DNA of 64,000 nucleotides from Candidatus Latescibacterota bacterium (GTDB lineage: Bacteria; Latescibacterota; UBA2968; SICM01), in contig CBDCJO010000002.1 of assembly GCA_965217865.1 (NCBI GenBank), positions 1,632,001 to 1,696,000 on the forward strand. Reading direction: 5' to 3'. Every line of letters begins with the position of its first letter. The stretch's first letter is position 1. Both the position numbers and the translations under genes were made by a program. Below, one piece after another: positions 52,673-63,504 of the stretch. Under the pieces are notes generated by a model. It was not told where the DNA came from. It saw only the letters and a list, made by a program, of their open reading frames with translations, and did no database searches.

Positions 52673-54292
52673 ATGGAGTTTGTTATCGACATTCACCTTC
52701 ATTCCTCCTATTCTCGGGCAACCAGCCGGGAACTTACCCCCGAGAATCTACATCGGTGGTCTTCCCTGAAGGGGCTCACGGTTGTCGGCACGGGGGATTT
52801 CACCCATCCCGTGTGGTTGGAAGAGCTGAAAACAAAGCTAGAACCCGCGGAAGAGGGGTTGTACCGGTTGAAATCGAGTTTCCGTGCGCCGGTTGACCGC
52901 GAAATCCCCCCTCTTTGCCAGGGTGAGGTGCGGTTTCTGCTGTCGGTTGAGATCAGCTCTATTTATAAAAAAAACGATAAGGTTAGAAAAATTCATAACC
53001 TCGTTTTGATGCCGGACTTCGAGGCAGTTGACCGGTTGAACCAAAGACTGGAGGATATAGGCAACCTGAAATCTGACGGAAGGCCCATTCTTGGTCTCGA
53101 CAGCAGGGATCTTGCAGAGATCGTTCTGGAGGTATGCCCGGAAGCCCTGCTCATCCCGGCACATATCTGGACACCTCACTTTGCAATGTTCGGATCCAAA
53201 TCCGGATTTGACTCTTTCGAGGAATGCTTTGAGGATATGATGCCGTATATCTATGCGGTGGAGACGGGGCTTTCCTCCGACCCCCCTATGAACTGGCGGT
53301 TGTCGGTTTTGGATAAATTTTCCATTGTCTCTAATTCGGATGCCCATTCGCCTTCCAAACTCGCGCGGGAGGCGACTTGCTTCGATACGGACCTCTCGTT
53401 CCCTGCCATTCGATCCGCAATTAAGGATCGAGACCCCAATAGGCTTGTCGGCACTCTTGAGTTCTATCCCGAGGAGGGCAAATACCATTACGACGGCCAC
53501 AGGAATTGCGGGATCTGCTGGAAGCCCGAACAGACGCTTGCCTCAAGCGGGATCTGTACGGTTTGCGGAAAACCGGTTACGGTTGGGGTCCTCAACCGTG
53601 TGGATGTTCTTGCGGATCGCGAGGAAGGGACCCGGCCGGAGTCAAGGCGCCCCTATGAAAGCCTGATTCCATTGATCGAGATTATCGCATCCACCAGGGG
53701 GGTCGGATCGGGTTCGAAACGCGTCAAAGAGGCTTACGATGCACTGATTTTGGCTCTGGGGCCCGAGTTGAAGATCCTTCGAGAGATTTCCATCGAGGAG
53801 ATCGCCCGGTCCGGGGATTCTCTGGTGGCTGAGGGCATCCGTCGAATGCGCAGCGGGAATGTTGAAATCGAACCGGGTTTTGATGGAGAGTATGGGAAGA
53901 TCAGGGTATTTCAGGAGGGGGAGCGGGAGAAGTATGCCGGTCAGGGGGATATGTTTGAGAAGCGGAGGTCAGGGGTCGGGAAACGTGAGACGTCAGACGT
54001 GAGAAGTGAAACGGGAAAAGGCAGTAGTGGCAGTGGCAGGAAAAGGCAAAGGCAGAGGTCGGAAGTCAGGGGTCAGAGGTCGGAGAAAAGGGACAAACCG
54101 GAGGAGAAAGGGGGAAATGGAGAAGCTGAGGCAGAAATCTCCGGAGTTTTTCCCAAGGAAGGCCATGGGAATACAGGGAAACCGGTCATAGGTAATCTGC
54201 GTGCTCCGACAGAGAATGGCCTTCCCCTTTTCCCGCAATTTGGAGTCGGGAGCATTTTGGTTGTCGGGTGGGAGCTTGGCCAACCTTTTTGA
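52673..54292 (+). CDS. Endonuclease Q-family PHP-domain protein
   Basis: DIHLHS.YSRATS, GTGDFTHP, DGRPILG, PAHIWTP, ETGLSSD, SNSDAHS, GKYHYDGHR.C, zinc knuckle, PGFDGEYG. Confidence 0.9.
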   Translation: MEFVIDIHLHSSYSRATSRELTPENLHRWSSLKGLTVVGTGDFTHPVWLEELKTKLEPAEEGLYRLKSSFRAPVDREIPPLCQGEVRFLLSVEISSIYKKNDKVRKIHNLVLMPDFEAVDRLNQRLEDIGNLKSDGRPILGLDSRDLAEIVLEVCPEALLIPAHIWTPHFAMFGSKSGFDSFEECFEDMMPYIYAVETGLSSDPPMNWRLSVLDKFSIVSNSDAHSPSKLAREATCFDTDLSFPAIRSAIKDRDPNRLVGTLEFYPEEGKYHYDGHRNCGICWKPEQTLASSGICTVCGKPVTVGVLNRVDVLADREEGTRPESRRPYESLIPLIEIIASTRGVGSGSKRVKEAYDALILALGPELKILREISIEEIARSGDSLVAEGIRRMRSGNVEIEPGFDGEYGKIRVFQEGEREKYAGQGDMFEKRRSGVGKRETSDVRSETGKGSSGSGRKRQRQRSEVRGQRSEKRDKPEEKGGNGEAEAEISGVFPKEGHGNTGKPVIGNLRAPTENGLPLFPQFGVGSILVVGWELGQPF

Positions 54293-56153
54293 TTTGACTG
54301 GAGATCAGCAAAAGGCAGTTTTCGACCTGGATGGTCCCGTGGTAGTGGCAGCAGGACCGGGGACCGGCAAGACGCTGGTCCTGACTTGTCGTGTTTCTTA
54401 TCTTGTCAGGGAGCGCTCTATCAACCCCAGGTCGATGGTTGTCGTAACATTTACGAACAAAGCTGCGGAGGACATGCTCCGGAGATTTCGCGGCATGCTC
54501 CCGAAGATGGAAGATCTCCGGGATCTGCGCGTCGGAACCTTCCACGGGTTCTGTCTCGATCTGATCCGAAGTGAATTCGGAAAGGAGCAGCGGGTTCTGA
54601 TCGACCAGGTGGAGTCGCGTGCCCTGATTGAGACGGTGATCCGGGAGGGAAAATTCAGGGTCAGACTTGGCGATGCCTGCGATTTCATCTCCCGGACCAA
54701 AGGGGATGGGACCCTGAAGGCGGCGGTTGAGGGATCCTTCGAATTTGGCAGGATTTTAAAGGATTATCAGAATCGCCTTCGGGAGCTCCGACTTTGGGAC
54801 TTCGACGATATTCTCCTCGAAGCGGTCGCACTCCTCGAATCAGACCCATCTATTCTTAAAAGGTTAGAAGCAGACCATCTCTTGGTTGATGAATTTCAGG
54901 ATGTCAACGCGGTGCAGTATCGTCTGGTCAGGCTCCTTGCCGGTGAGGGTCAGAATCTGTTTGTGATCGGGGACCCTGACCAGGCGATCTACGGTTTCAG
55001 AGGGGGGGATCGCCGGTTCTTTGCAAAGCTTTTGGGTGACTTTTCAGGGGCTCATCTCATCCGGTTGGAGTCAAATCATCGCTCGACTGGAAATATACTG
55101 GATGCCGCCCACGGGGTCATCGCGGAGGATCCCGATCGAATCGACCTGAGGGTCACTCCGAGCCGGGACCCTGGAGTCCGGGTCCGATTGCTACTGTTGG
55201 AGAGCGAACTATCCGAGGGGATCGCTGTTGTCCAGGAGATTCTCGAGAGGGTCGGGGGTACGGACCTTACCCAGGCTGGAGAAGCCGAAAGAAGCTTCGA
55301 GGATTTCGCAGTCCTGTTCCGCACCGGACGACAGGCGGATGTCCTCGAGATATGTCTGAAAAAAGAGGGGCTGCCCCATCGAATCATCGGGCAGAAGGGC
55401 TTTATGGACTCCGGGGTGGTGAGGGATGTTCTTGCGTTCGCCCGTTGCCTTACGCCTCCAGATGAGGATTATCGGATCCAGTGTGCACTTCGACTGGAAC
55501 GATTCGATCCGGGTGAGGGTGTCTGGAAGAATATCCTGGCACGGCAAGCGGAAAAAGGTGGGTCTCTGTATGAAACATTGCAAGCTCTGTCCGGTGATTT
55601 CGATAAGGTTCGAGAATTTATCGATGTTGTGGAGCGATGTCGATCCCTCGTGGAGACCGCGCGTGCTGACAGCGTGATTCGAGCTTGTTGCGAGGGTTGC
55701 CGGGTTTCCGATGAAATAAATCTGGAGAGGCTTCTGAATGTTTGCAGCCGGTACGATACTTTTGAGGGCTTTTATCGGGATGTCTTGCTCGGAAAGGATG
55801 CGGACTGCGAGCAGGAGGGCAAAAGGACCGGTACCCGCGGAGAGGCCATCACCCTGATGACGCTTCACGCAGCGAAGGGGCTCGAATTCCCGGTTATCTT
55901 CATCGTAGGGGTTGAGGACGGCTTGATTCCCTTCCGGGAGCGAGATGCCGACCTATCTGAGGAGCGCCGCCTGCTCTACGTCGGTCTGACAAGAGCCCGA
56001 GACGAGGTCATCCTGACGGCCGTGAAGAGGCGGATTCGCTACGGAAAACGGATCAACCCGGAAATCTCCCCATTTTTAAAGGACCTTTGCGGGTCAAATA
56101 TCGAGGTGGAGGAACGGGTGCATTCGCGAAGCGCACAAATTTCGCTTTTTTAG
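54201..56153 (+). CDS. UvrD/Rep-family helicase (possibly the frameshifted C-terminal half of an EndoQ-UvrD fusion)
   Basis: AGPGTGKT, TFTNKAA, VDEFQD, GDPDQAIYGFRG, TLHAAKGLEF, EERRLLYVGLTRA. Confidence 0.92.
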   Translation: MLRQRMAFPFSRNLESGAFWLSGGSLANLFDLTGDQQKAVFDLDGPVVVAAGPGTGKTLVLTCRVSYLVRERSINPRSMVVVTFTNKAAEDMLRRFRGMLPKMEDLRDLRVGTFHGFCLDLIRSEFGKEQRVLIDQVESRALIETVIREGKFRVRLGDACDFISRTKGDGTLKAAVEGSFEFGRILKDYQNRLRELRLWDFDDILLEAVALLESDPSILKRLEADHLLVDEFQDVNAVQYRLVRLLAGEGQNLFVIGDPDQAIYGFRGGDRRFFAKLLGDFSGAHLIRLESNHRSTGNILDAAHGVIAEDPDRIDLRVTPSRDPGVRVRLLLLESELSEGIAVVQEILERVGGTDLTQAGEAERSFEDFAVLFRTGRQADVLEICLKKEGLPHRIIGQKGFMDSGVVRDVLAFARCLTPPDEDYRIQCALRLERFDPGEGVWKNILARQAEKGGSLYETLQALSGDFDKVREFIDVVERCRSLVETARADSVIRACCEGCRVSDEINLERLLNVCSRYDTFEGFYRDVLLGKDADCEQEGKRTGTRGEAITLMTLHAAKGLEFPVIFIVGVEDGLIPFRERDADLSEERRLLYVGLTRARDEVILTAVKRRIRYGKRINPEISPFLKDLCGSNIEVEERVHSRSAQISLF

Positions 56154-56395
56154 ATCATGAGACGGCAAAACGTGAGAAGTGAGAAGGAAAGTAGCAGTGG
56201 CAGTGGCAGGGGAAAAGAAAAGGCGGGGATCGTGGATCGTGATTCAGAAAATTAGTGACGGACATATAAAATTCGGTCAAGTGTCAGACCTAACCCCTAG
56301 CCCCTTCCCTAAAGGGAAGGGGAATAAAGGCTTAATTTAGCTAATCTTCAGTCACATGACCTCCACTCTATGTAATGGGATAATCCCTTAGATAT

Positions 56396-56499
56396 GTGGG
56401 ACCCGACTCCAGTCGGGGAATAAGGGCATCAGCCAAAGGAAAAATCCCCGATGATCTTGGCCATTCAGAGCCAGTTCCCGGTCTGGAGACCGGTCCCAC
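56396..56499. repeat. REP doublet (GTGGGA...TCCCAC)
   Basis: GTGGGACCCGACTCCAGTCGGG ... CCCGGTCTGGAGACCGGTCCCAC. Second unit plus flank is an inverted copy of about 48336-48395. Confidence 0.7.
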
Positions 56500-56608
56500 A
56501 ACATTTGGCCACATAAGGCCAGGGTTTACTACGGCTGAGCGAAGAGATCCACGGTTTTTCGAACCCCGAATCACGAATCACGAACCACGGTCACCTAAGG
56601 AGGTGGAC

Positions 56609-56806
56609 ATGAAAAAGGAGATCGGTGCTACGGCCGGTGAATTGTGGCATTTTCTGGACGCGCAGGGTGAGACGACATGGCGGCAGATCGAAAAGCGGGT
56701 CAACCGGCCACAACGCATGCTGGCTATGGGTATCGGCTGGTTGGCCAGGGAGAACAAGATTGATATCCGGAAAATGTCAGGGGTCTATTACGTAGGGTTA
56801 AAATAA
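56609..56806 (+). CDS. Small winged-helix protein (DUF2582-like)
   Basis: IGATAGELW.FL, MGIGWLARENKI. Strong AAGGAGG RBS. Confidence 0.85.
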   Translation: MKKEIGATAGELWHFLDAQGETTWRQIEKRVNRPQRMLAMGIGWLARENKIDIRKMSGVYYVGLK

Positions 56807-56835
56807 TCCCTTTAAAAAATCTTGTGGGAGGTCGT

Positions 56836-58401
56836 GTGGCCGGTTTGGTGGCTTTGATTATTCTGGACGGTTGGGGATTGAATCCCAGGAAAGACCACAA
56901 TGCGGTGGCGCTTGCCCGGACTCCGACGATGGACGGTTTGCGGAAGAACCATCTGCACACGACGCTGGTGACCTGCGGGACCCGCGTGGGATTGCCTGAG
57001 GGGCTGATGGGGAACTCGGAGGTTGGGCATCTCAACCTTGGGGCCGGTCGGATGGTGATACAGGCGATGACGCGGATCGACGGATGGGTGAAAGACGGGA
57101 ATCTGTTCCAGAATCCTGCACTCGTGGGGGCGATCGATCACGTGAAGGGGACGGAGCGGAAGCTGCACCTGATAGGTCTTGTATCGGACGGGGGTGTGCA
57201 CAGCTGGCCATCCCATTATCTGGGTCTCTTGAGGATGGCGAAGGCCCGGGAGTTGGACCCCGGGCAGGTTTATCTCCACGCGATGCTGGATGGGAGGGAT
57301 ACCCCGCCTCAGAGCGGAATCGATCATGTCAAAACCCTCGTCGATTTCATGGAAGAAATCGAGTTTGGCCATGTGGGTTCAATCGTGGGCCGATACTATG
57401 CGATGGACCGGGACAGGCGCTGGGAGCGTACGAAGATCGCCTATGACTGCTACACGATGGGGGCCGGGAGGAAGGAGACCGATCCGGTCGAAGCCGTGAA
57501 GAAGGCATACGAGAGGGATGAAACCGACGAGTTCGTCAAACCGATCGTGATCGCGGGTGATGACGGCGAGTCGACGGCCAGGTTTTCCGATGGAGACAGT
57601 GTCCTGTTCTTCAATTTCCGTGGGGACCGGCCGAGGCAGATCACAAAGGCTTTCGTGCTCCCGGGGTTCAAGGAATTCGAACGAAAGGAATCGCCGGATA
57701 TTCGGTTTACCTGCATGACCCGGTATGAGGAGGGGCTTCCGGTAGAGGTGGCCTATCCCCCGGATTCCCTGGAACAGGGAATGACGAACACTGTTGGGAA
57801 GGCTATAAGCGACCGGGGCATTCGACAACTGCGGATCGCCGAGACGGAGAAGTATGCACACGTGACTTTCTTTTTCAACGGACAGGAGGAGGCGCCCTAT
57901 CCGGGGGAAGAACGAATCCTTGTGCCCTCACCGAAGGTCGCGACTTACGATCTCCAACCGGAGATGAGCGCTCAGGGTGTCGCAGCCAACCTGGTCGAGA
58001 AGATTCGTGAGGGCTCGTTCGAAGCGGTGATTTGTAATTTCGCTAATCCGGACATGGTTGGACATACGGGGGACCTGGGGGGGGCGATCAAGGCCGTTGA
58101 GACGGTGGACCAATGCCTGGACGATTCCCTCGAAGCGATCCGTGACACAGGCGGGGCCGCGATCGTCACCGCGGATCATGGGAACGCGGAGCAGATGCTG
58201 CATTACGATTCAGGGGTTCCCCATACTGCGCATACGACGAACCCGGTTCCGCTGTTCGTCGTATATAACCGGTTCAACGAAAGCCTACGGAGCGGAGGCT
58301 CACTTGAGGATGTGGGGCCGACCATGCTTGGGATGCTGGGGATCGTAAAACCGGAAGGGATGACGGGAAGGGATTTGAGGGAAATGGAAAATGCAAAGTG
58401 A
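56836..58401 (+). CDS. gpmI: 2,3-bisphosphoglycerate-independent phosphoglycerate mutase
   Basis: ILDGWG, MGNSEVGH, DGGVHS, GRYYAMDRD, AETEKYAHVT, NPDMVGHTG, ADHGN. Confidence 0.97.
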   Translation: MAGLVALIILDGWGLNPRKDHNAVALARTPTMDGLRKNHLHTTLVTCGTRVGLPEGLMGNSEVGHLNLGAGRMVIQAMTRIDGWVKDGNLFQNPALVGAIDHVKGTERKLHLIGLVSDGGVHSWPSHYLGLLRMAKARELDPGQVYLHAMLDGRDTPPQSGIDHVKTLVDFMEEIEFGHVGSIVGRYYAMDRDRRWERTKIAYDCYTMGAGRKETDPVEAVKKAYERDETDEFVKPIVIAGDDGESTARFSDGDSVLFFNFRGDRPRQITKAFVLPGFKEFERKESPDIRFTCMTRYEEGLPVEVAYPPDSLEQGMTNTVGKAISDRGIRQLRIAETEKYAHVTFFFNGQEEAPYPGEERILVPSPKVATYDLQPEMSAQGVAANLVEKIREGSFEAVICNFANPDMVGHTGDLGGAIKAVETVDQCLDDSLEAIRDTGGAAIVTADHGNAEQMLHYDSGVPHTAHTTNPVPLFVVYNRFNESLRSGGSLEDVGPTMLGMLGIVKPEGMTGRDLREMENAK

Positions 58402-58806
58402 AAAATGGAAAAGTCGGGGGCCAGGGGTCGGAGGTCGGAGGTATGAGGCGACGCATCCGCGGGCCAACGGCTCGTGATTCCTTGGCCCAGCCCAACGGGC
58501 TGGGTTGGAATGTGGGCGAATCGAGCGGGCCAACGGTCCGCGATCCGGATCAATCCCACAGATGAATCAGGATGTGGAACAGGGATTGGGGGATGTGAGA
58601 TTATCGCGGCCTTTCAGGCCGCACGACGCTATTGATCCGCATGACCCAGGGCGATGCCCTGGGTTAAGGGACAACGCGCCGATGGCGCTAAAAGAAGGCC
58701 TTGACTTTAGTCTTGGCTTCTCAGTTAGCTCGAAGACCCGGGTGTCAATCGCGAAGACAGGATCCACAATATTCCACGGAAAGCCCAACTTCCCGATATT
58801 CAATAT

Positions 58807-59124
58807 TCAATGAAGTTTGGTGAATTCGCTCGGGGGAATCCCGAGCCAGTCCCGGCTCAGGAAATCGGTCATGGTCAAAGTGATCAGGATGATCAGCCAG
58901 AAGAATCCCGCTCCCGCAAAGACCCAGGTCAGTCGGCTGCTGTGTCGGAGGTGCATAAAATAGAGGACTACCAGGAGGGCTTTAAACACTGCGATGGAGA
59001 TCGCCGCGACCGTGTTCAGGGGGCCCAGGTTGAGAAAGGCGACCCATATCGTGATTCCGGTGAAGAGGAGGAGCGCAAAAAATATGAGGAGGTAGACGTA
59101 TAAGGGGGTCTTGTGCTGTGACAT
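58807..59124 (-). CDS. ctaF: Cytochrome c oxidase subunit IV (caa3-type)
   Basis: IAVFKALLVVLYFMHL; coupled to subunit III by TGATG overlap. Confidence 0.88.
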   Translation of the reverse strand: MSQHKTPLYVYLLIFFALLLFTGITIWVAFLNLGPLNTVAAISIAVFKALLVVLYFMHLRHSSRLTWVFAGAGFFWLIILITLTMTDFLSRDWLGIPPSEFTKLH

Positions 59125-59768
59125 CAATGCCGTCCGATCAGGTAAAGGAGAGGAAACAGAAAGATCCACACGATATCAACGAAGTGCCAGTAAAGTCCGA
59201 ACATCTCAACAGGACCATAGTATTCGGATGTAAAGCGATTGAGCAGGGTCTTCCCGATCAACCAGATCATCAGGCCCATGCCCACCAACATGTGGAGGGC
59301 ATGCATTCCTGTCATCGCAAAATAGAGAGAGAAAAAGATCTTCACGTTTGAAGCATGGTCCCCTTCGAAGAAGAAATATTTACCGGGCACGAGATGTTCG
59401 TGAAACTTGTGGGAGTACTCCACGAATTTTATTCCCAGAAAGACTCCACCCAGAAGCATGGTCGACACCAGATAAACCACAATCCCATTCCGTCGTCCAT
59501 ACTGCGCGGCGCGTACAGCCATGGCCATAGTCAGACTGCTGCCGATCAGGACGGCGGTGTTGATTCCACCCAGTGTGACATCCAGTTGATGGCTTGCGGC
59601 CATAAATGAAAGGTGATACTTGAACCGGTAAACGGTGTAGGCCGTGAAAAGACCGCCAAAGAAGAGGACCTCGGTGACAAGAAAAGCCCACATCCCGAGG
59701 GTCGCAGACTCCCGCTGCTGTTCCATGTCCTCAAAGTGGTGGGCAAGGCCGGTGTAATAGTCAGCCAA
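59124..59768 (-). CDS. ctaE: Cytochrome c oxidase subunit III
   Basis: GMWAFLVTE, NTAVLIGSS, TGMHALH, YWHFVD. Confidence 0.94.
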   Translation of the reverse strand: MADYYTGLAHHFEDMEQQRESATLGMWAFLVTEVLFFGGLFTAYTVYRFKYHLSFMAASHQLDVTLGGINTAVLIGSSLTMAMAVRAAQYGRRNGIVVYLVSTMLLGGVFLGIKFVEYSHKFHEHLVPGKYFFFEGDHASNVKIFFSLYFAMTGMHALHMLVGMGLMIWLIGKTLLNRFTSEYYGPVEMFGLYWHFVDIVWIFLFPLLYLIGRH

Positions 59769-59808
59769 CGGAAGTCTCCGAAGATCAGTGAAATGTGAGA
59801 CGGCAGAG

Positions 59809-59920
59809 GCAGTGGCAGTGGCAGTGGCAGTGGCAGTGGCAGTGGCAGGAAAAAAAGAAATGAAGAAGTTGCAGTAAAACTATAAAATAAACACTTTTCT
59901 GCTACTGCTACTGCTACTGC
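59809..59920. repeat. (GCAGTG)6 facing an inverted (CTGCTA)3 tract
   Basis: Tandem hexamers between ctaD and ctaE, able to form an imperfect hairpin. Confidence 0.85.
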
Positions 59921-59951
59921 CCCGGTTTTCCCATCCTAATATCCAATTCCC

Positions 59952-61607
59952 CTAACTTGCTTCTTCGGACCCATGAGACGATGGATGGGGTGCGTAGGCA
60001 TATGCCTCTTCAGTCACGACGGGTGTTCGGTCGAAGTTGAAGGTCGGCGGAGGTGAATGGGTCTGCCATTCCAGCCCCGCGGCTCCCCAGGGATTTTTCC
60101 CAGCGACTTTTCCGTATCGGAGGGACCAGACCAGATAGATCAACGGAATCAGGTATCCGACAGCCAGGATGGATGCGCCTGCAGTCGACAATACATTCAA
60201 TACCTGAAACTCATCCGGATAAGCGTGATACCGTCGGGGCATGCCGAGGTAGCCGAGGATGAATTGCGGAAAAAAGGTCAGATTAAATCCGACAAAGATC
60301 ATCAGGGCTGAGAATCGTGCCCAGGCTTCCGGATACATCCGGCCTGTAATCTTAGGCCACCAGAAGTGGATGCCGCCCAGATAGGCCATCACGGCGCCTC
60401 CGACCATGATGTAGTGGAAGTGTGCGACGATGAAATAGGTATCGTGGACGTGGATGTCGACGGCCAGGGAGGCCAGGAATAAACCGGTCAGTCCCCCGAT
60501 GGTAAACAGCCCGATAAACCCGAGGGCGTAGAGCATCGGCGCTGCGAAGGAGATGGACCCCTTGTAGAGGGTTGCGGTCCAGTTGAAGACTTTGATGGCC
60601 GAAGGGATGGCGACCAGGAAGCTGATGATCGAGAAGACCATTCCGGCATAGACGGACTGGCTGCTGACGAACATATGGTGACCCCAGACCAGGAATCCGA
60701 GCACGGCGATGGCAAGGCTGGAAAAGGCGACGAAGCCGTAGCCGAAGATTCGCTTTCGGGAAAAGCAGGTGATCAACTCGCTCACCACACCCATTCCCGG
60801 GAGGATCATAATGTATACCGCGGGGTGGGAGTAGAACCAGAAAAGGTGCTGGAAGAGCACCGGGTCCCCTCCCAGGGCGGGATCGAAGACCCCGATACGG
60901 AAAGCCCGCTCCAACCCCACCAGGAGGATCGTAATCGCAAGAACGGGTGTACCCAGGACCATGACCAGACTGGTGGCATAGTGCGCCCAGATGAAGAGGG
61001 GCATCCTGAGCCAGCTCATTCCAGGTGCCCGCATCTTATGAATGGTCACGATAAAGTTGAGCCCGGTTAAAATCGATGAGAACCCGGTGATGAAGACCCC
61101 TAGCGCGGTCAGGATGACGTGGGTGTTCGCATAGGTGCTGCTGTAGGGCGTGTAGAAGGTCCAGCCGGTGTCCACGCCCCCGGTCACCACGACCCAGAGG
61201 GTAAAGAGTCCGCCTGTGGTGTAAATATACCAACTGGCCAGGTTCAGACGAGGAAAGGCAACGTCCTTTGCGCCGATCATGATAGGCACCAGGAAATTTC
61301 CCAGGACCGCGGGGATTGAAGGGACCAGGAAGAAAAAGATCATGACGATCCCGTGCATGGTGAAGAACTTGTTGTAAGTCTCGGCCAGCAGGATGTCCCC
61401 TTCGGGGGTTACCAACTCCAGGCGGATCATGACCGCAAACAGCCCTCCGAGAACGAAAAAGAAGGTAATGGAAATCAGGTAGAGGATGGCGATTCGCTTG
61501 TGATCCGTGGTCAGGAGCCAGGACTTCACCCCGTAGTTCACGTTCAGATAGTGTGGGCGTGACCTGATGTCTCCCTCGAGATGTTCTCCGTTTACCGTGC
61601 TCATCAC
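59952..61607 (-). CDS. ctaD: Cytochrome c oxidase subunit I, A2-type
   Basis: [18 protein letters not shown] (YS motif indicates A2), WGHHM, AHFHY, GMPRR. Confidence 0.97.
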   Translation of the reverse strand: MMSTVNGEHLEGDIRSRPHYLNVNYGVKSWLLTTDHKRIAILYLISITFFFVLGGLFAVMIRLELVTPEGDILLAETYNKFFTMHGIVMIFFFLVPSIPAVLGNFLVPIMIGAKDVAFPRLNLASWYIYTTGGLFTLWVVVTGGVDTGWTFYTPYSSTYANTHVILTALGVFITGFSSILTGLNFIVTIHKMRAPGMSWLRMPLFIWAHYATSLVMVLGTPVLAITILLVGLERAFRIGVFDPALGGDPVLFQHLFWFYSHPAVYIMILPGMGVVSELITCFSRKRIFGYGFVAFSSLAIAVLGFLVWGHHMFVSSQSVYAGMVFSIISFLVAIPSAIKVFNWTATLYKGSISFAAPMLYALGFIGLFTIGGLTGLFLASLAVDIHVHDTYFIVAHFHYIMVGGAVMAYLGGIHFWWPKITGRMYPEAWARFSALMIFVGFNLTFFPQFILGYLGMPRRYHAYPDEFQVLNVLSTAGASILAVGYLIPLIYLVWSLRYGKVAGKNPWGAAGLEWQTHSPPPTFNFDRTPVVTEEAYAYAPHPSSHGSEEAS

Positions 61608-62554
61608 TCGGCCCCGATCCTTTCCGCGCTTTCGAGAGATTTGACGTAGGCGATTAGCTGTAAAATCCCCTCTTCGCTGATCTGGCCTTCGAAGGTCGGC
61701 ATGAGCGGTTTGTAACCTTCGAGCATTTTGGTTTTCGGTTTCAAGATCGACTCCCGGATATACGTTTCATCGGCGATTATGCTCTCCCCGCTTTTTAGCT
61801 TCACGGACTTTCCGAACAACCCGTCCAGCACAGGTCCACGTTCCTTCGAGTCCGGCTTGTGACACGTTGCACAACCGAGCTCCTGGAAGAGACGCTCCCC
61901 GGCGACTTCCAAGGATTCTCCCTTACGACCCCCGCTTAACCAGGTTTCATAATCTGCTGGAGTCATTACGATCACCCGCCCGATCATACGGGAATGTTTC
62001 GTCCCGCAATATTCCGCACAGAAGAGATGATATTCCCCGGCCCGGGTCGCTTCGAACCAGGCCGTGGTATAACGGCCGGGCACCACGTCCATTTTGATCC
62101 GAAAGGCCGGTATAAAGAAGCTGTGGATTACGTCTTCCGATGTCATCGTCAATCGGACCGGCTGTCCCACAGGGACGTGAAGCTCGTTGATCTCCCGGTT
62201 TCCCTCCGGATGCTGCAGCTTCCACATCCACTGCTTTCCCACAACAAAAACTTCCATGGCCTCGGGTGGGGGGCTGTACATCGTAAAGTAGAGGTCGGCG
62301 GCCCACGCAAAAACCCCTATGGAGAGGCCTAACGGTATCACCGACCACAAAAGCTCGAGGCGGAGATCCCCCAGGATCGCCCGGGGTCGTTCGTCTTCGG
62401 AACGACGACGGAACCGGATGGCAAAAATGAGGATCAATAGGAAAATCAGACCTGCAAATAAGCAGCTGAGTCCCACCAGGGAAAGGTAGAGGGTATCCAC
62501 CTTTCCTGCAAAGGTGGAGGCTTGATCCGGGAAGAGTGGGAAGTCGGTCCACAT
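61604..62554 (-). CDS. ctaC: Cytochrome c oxidase subunit II with fused cytochrome c (caa3)
   Basis: [23 protein letters not shown] (CuA), C-terminal CATCH. Confidence 0.95.
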   Translation of the reverse strand: MWTDFPLFPDQASTFAGKVDTLYLSLVGLSCLFAGLIFLLILIFAIRFRRRSEDERPRAILGDLRLELLWSVIPLGLSIGVFAWAADLYFTMYSPPPEAMEVFVVGKQWMWKLQHPEGNREINELHVPVGQPVRLTMTSEDVIHSFFIPAFRIKMDVVPGRYTTAWFEATRAGEYHLFCAEYCGTKHSRMIGRVIVMTPADYETWLSGGRKGESLEVAGERLFQELGCATCHKPDSKERGPVLDGLFGKSVKLKSGESIIADETYIRESILKPKTKMLEGYKPLMPTFEGQISEEGILQLIAYVKSLESAERIGAE

Positions 62555-62658
62555 GATGGAAATGAAAAATGAAAAATGCAATGAAATCGCGTCGCGGACT
62601 AACAATCCACTGACGTGTGATTTTTATGTAAATCGAAAGCCATTCTCCACCCCGCCTG

Positions 62659-63504
62659 TCATTGATTCTCCGGCGCCCCGTTTCGGGGTAGGGCCGAGGT
62701 TGGGGGCTCCCGCCGCAAGAGCACTGCGATCAAGGTCCCCAGTCCAAGGAGGGTCGCAATCCCCGCGATCCTGACGACGTTCAGGATCGCCAGGCTGTAT
62801 CGGCCGGTCGCAGGATCATACTGAAAGCAGTAGAGGAGAACCTGATCCACCGGAGATCCGATCTTTCCAGAGGAAGCCTCGACCAATCCCAGACGGAGGT
62901 CCCGGGGTGGGTACTCGATCCCAAGGTAATAGCGGGCGATCTTTCCCCCGGGCGTCAACACGATAATTCCACTTGCGTGGGCAAACTGCTGGGTTTCGGG
63001 ATTGTATTTGTAGCGGAATCCCACCGCATTCGTCAATCGATCGATCGCCGCCGGGGTTCCTGTCAGGAAGTGCCAGCCGTCCGCTGCCCCGACCCGGCCA
63101 TAACTTCGGATGTATTCGTCCTTTTTCGCGGCTGCAAGGATTGGGGTTTCCCCCGGGTCAAAACTAACGGCGAGTACTTCGAACTCGTCTCCCACGTCGA
63201 AGGAGAGCGCTCGAAGGCTGGACAGCAAACCGTTCAGGACCTGTGTGCAGAGCATCGGACACTGAAAGTAGACGAGGGCAAGGATCACGGGTTTCCCGTC
63301 AAAATAGACCCCCAGGCGGACCGGGTTTCCGGTCTCGTCTCTAAAAAATAGATCCCGGGGGACTTGGTCACCCAATCTCTGATCGATGCCGACCTCCTGC
63401 AAGTCAGGAGGAAGCCCGCTCTGAGCCCCGGCGGGAACTGGCCGGAGGTTGAACTGGAAGCTGATCGCCGAAAAGAGGGCCATCGGGAATAAAACGCGTC
63501 TCAT
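62659..63504 (-). CDS. SCO family copper chaperone
   Basis: CPMLC, VSFDP, WHFLTG, FAH. Confidence 0.92.
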   Translation of the reverse strand: MRRVLFPMALFSAISFQFNLRPVPAGAQSGLPPDLQEVGIDQRLGDQVPRDLFFRDETGNPVRLGVYFDGKPVILALVYFQCPMLCTQVLNGLLSSLRALSFDVGDEFEVLAVSFDPGETPILAAAKKDEYIRSYGRVGAADGWHFLTGTPAAIDRLTNAVGFRYKYNPETQQFAHASGIIVLTPGGKIARYYLGIEYPPRDLRLGLVEASSGKIGSPVDQVLLYCFQYDPATGRYSLAILNVVRIAGIATLLGLGTLIAVLLRREPPTSALPRNGAPENQ

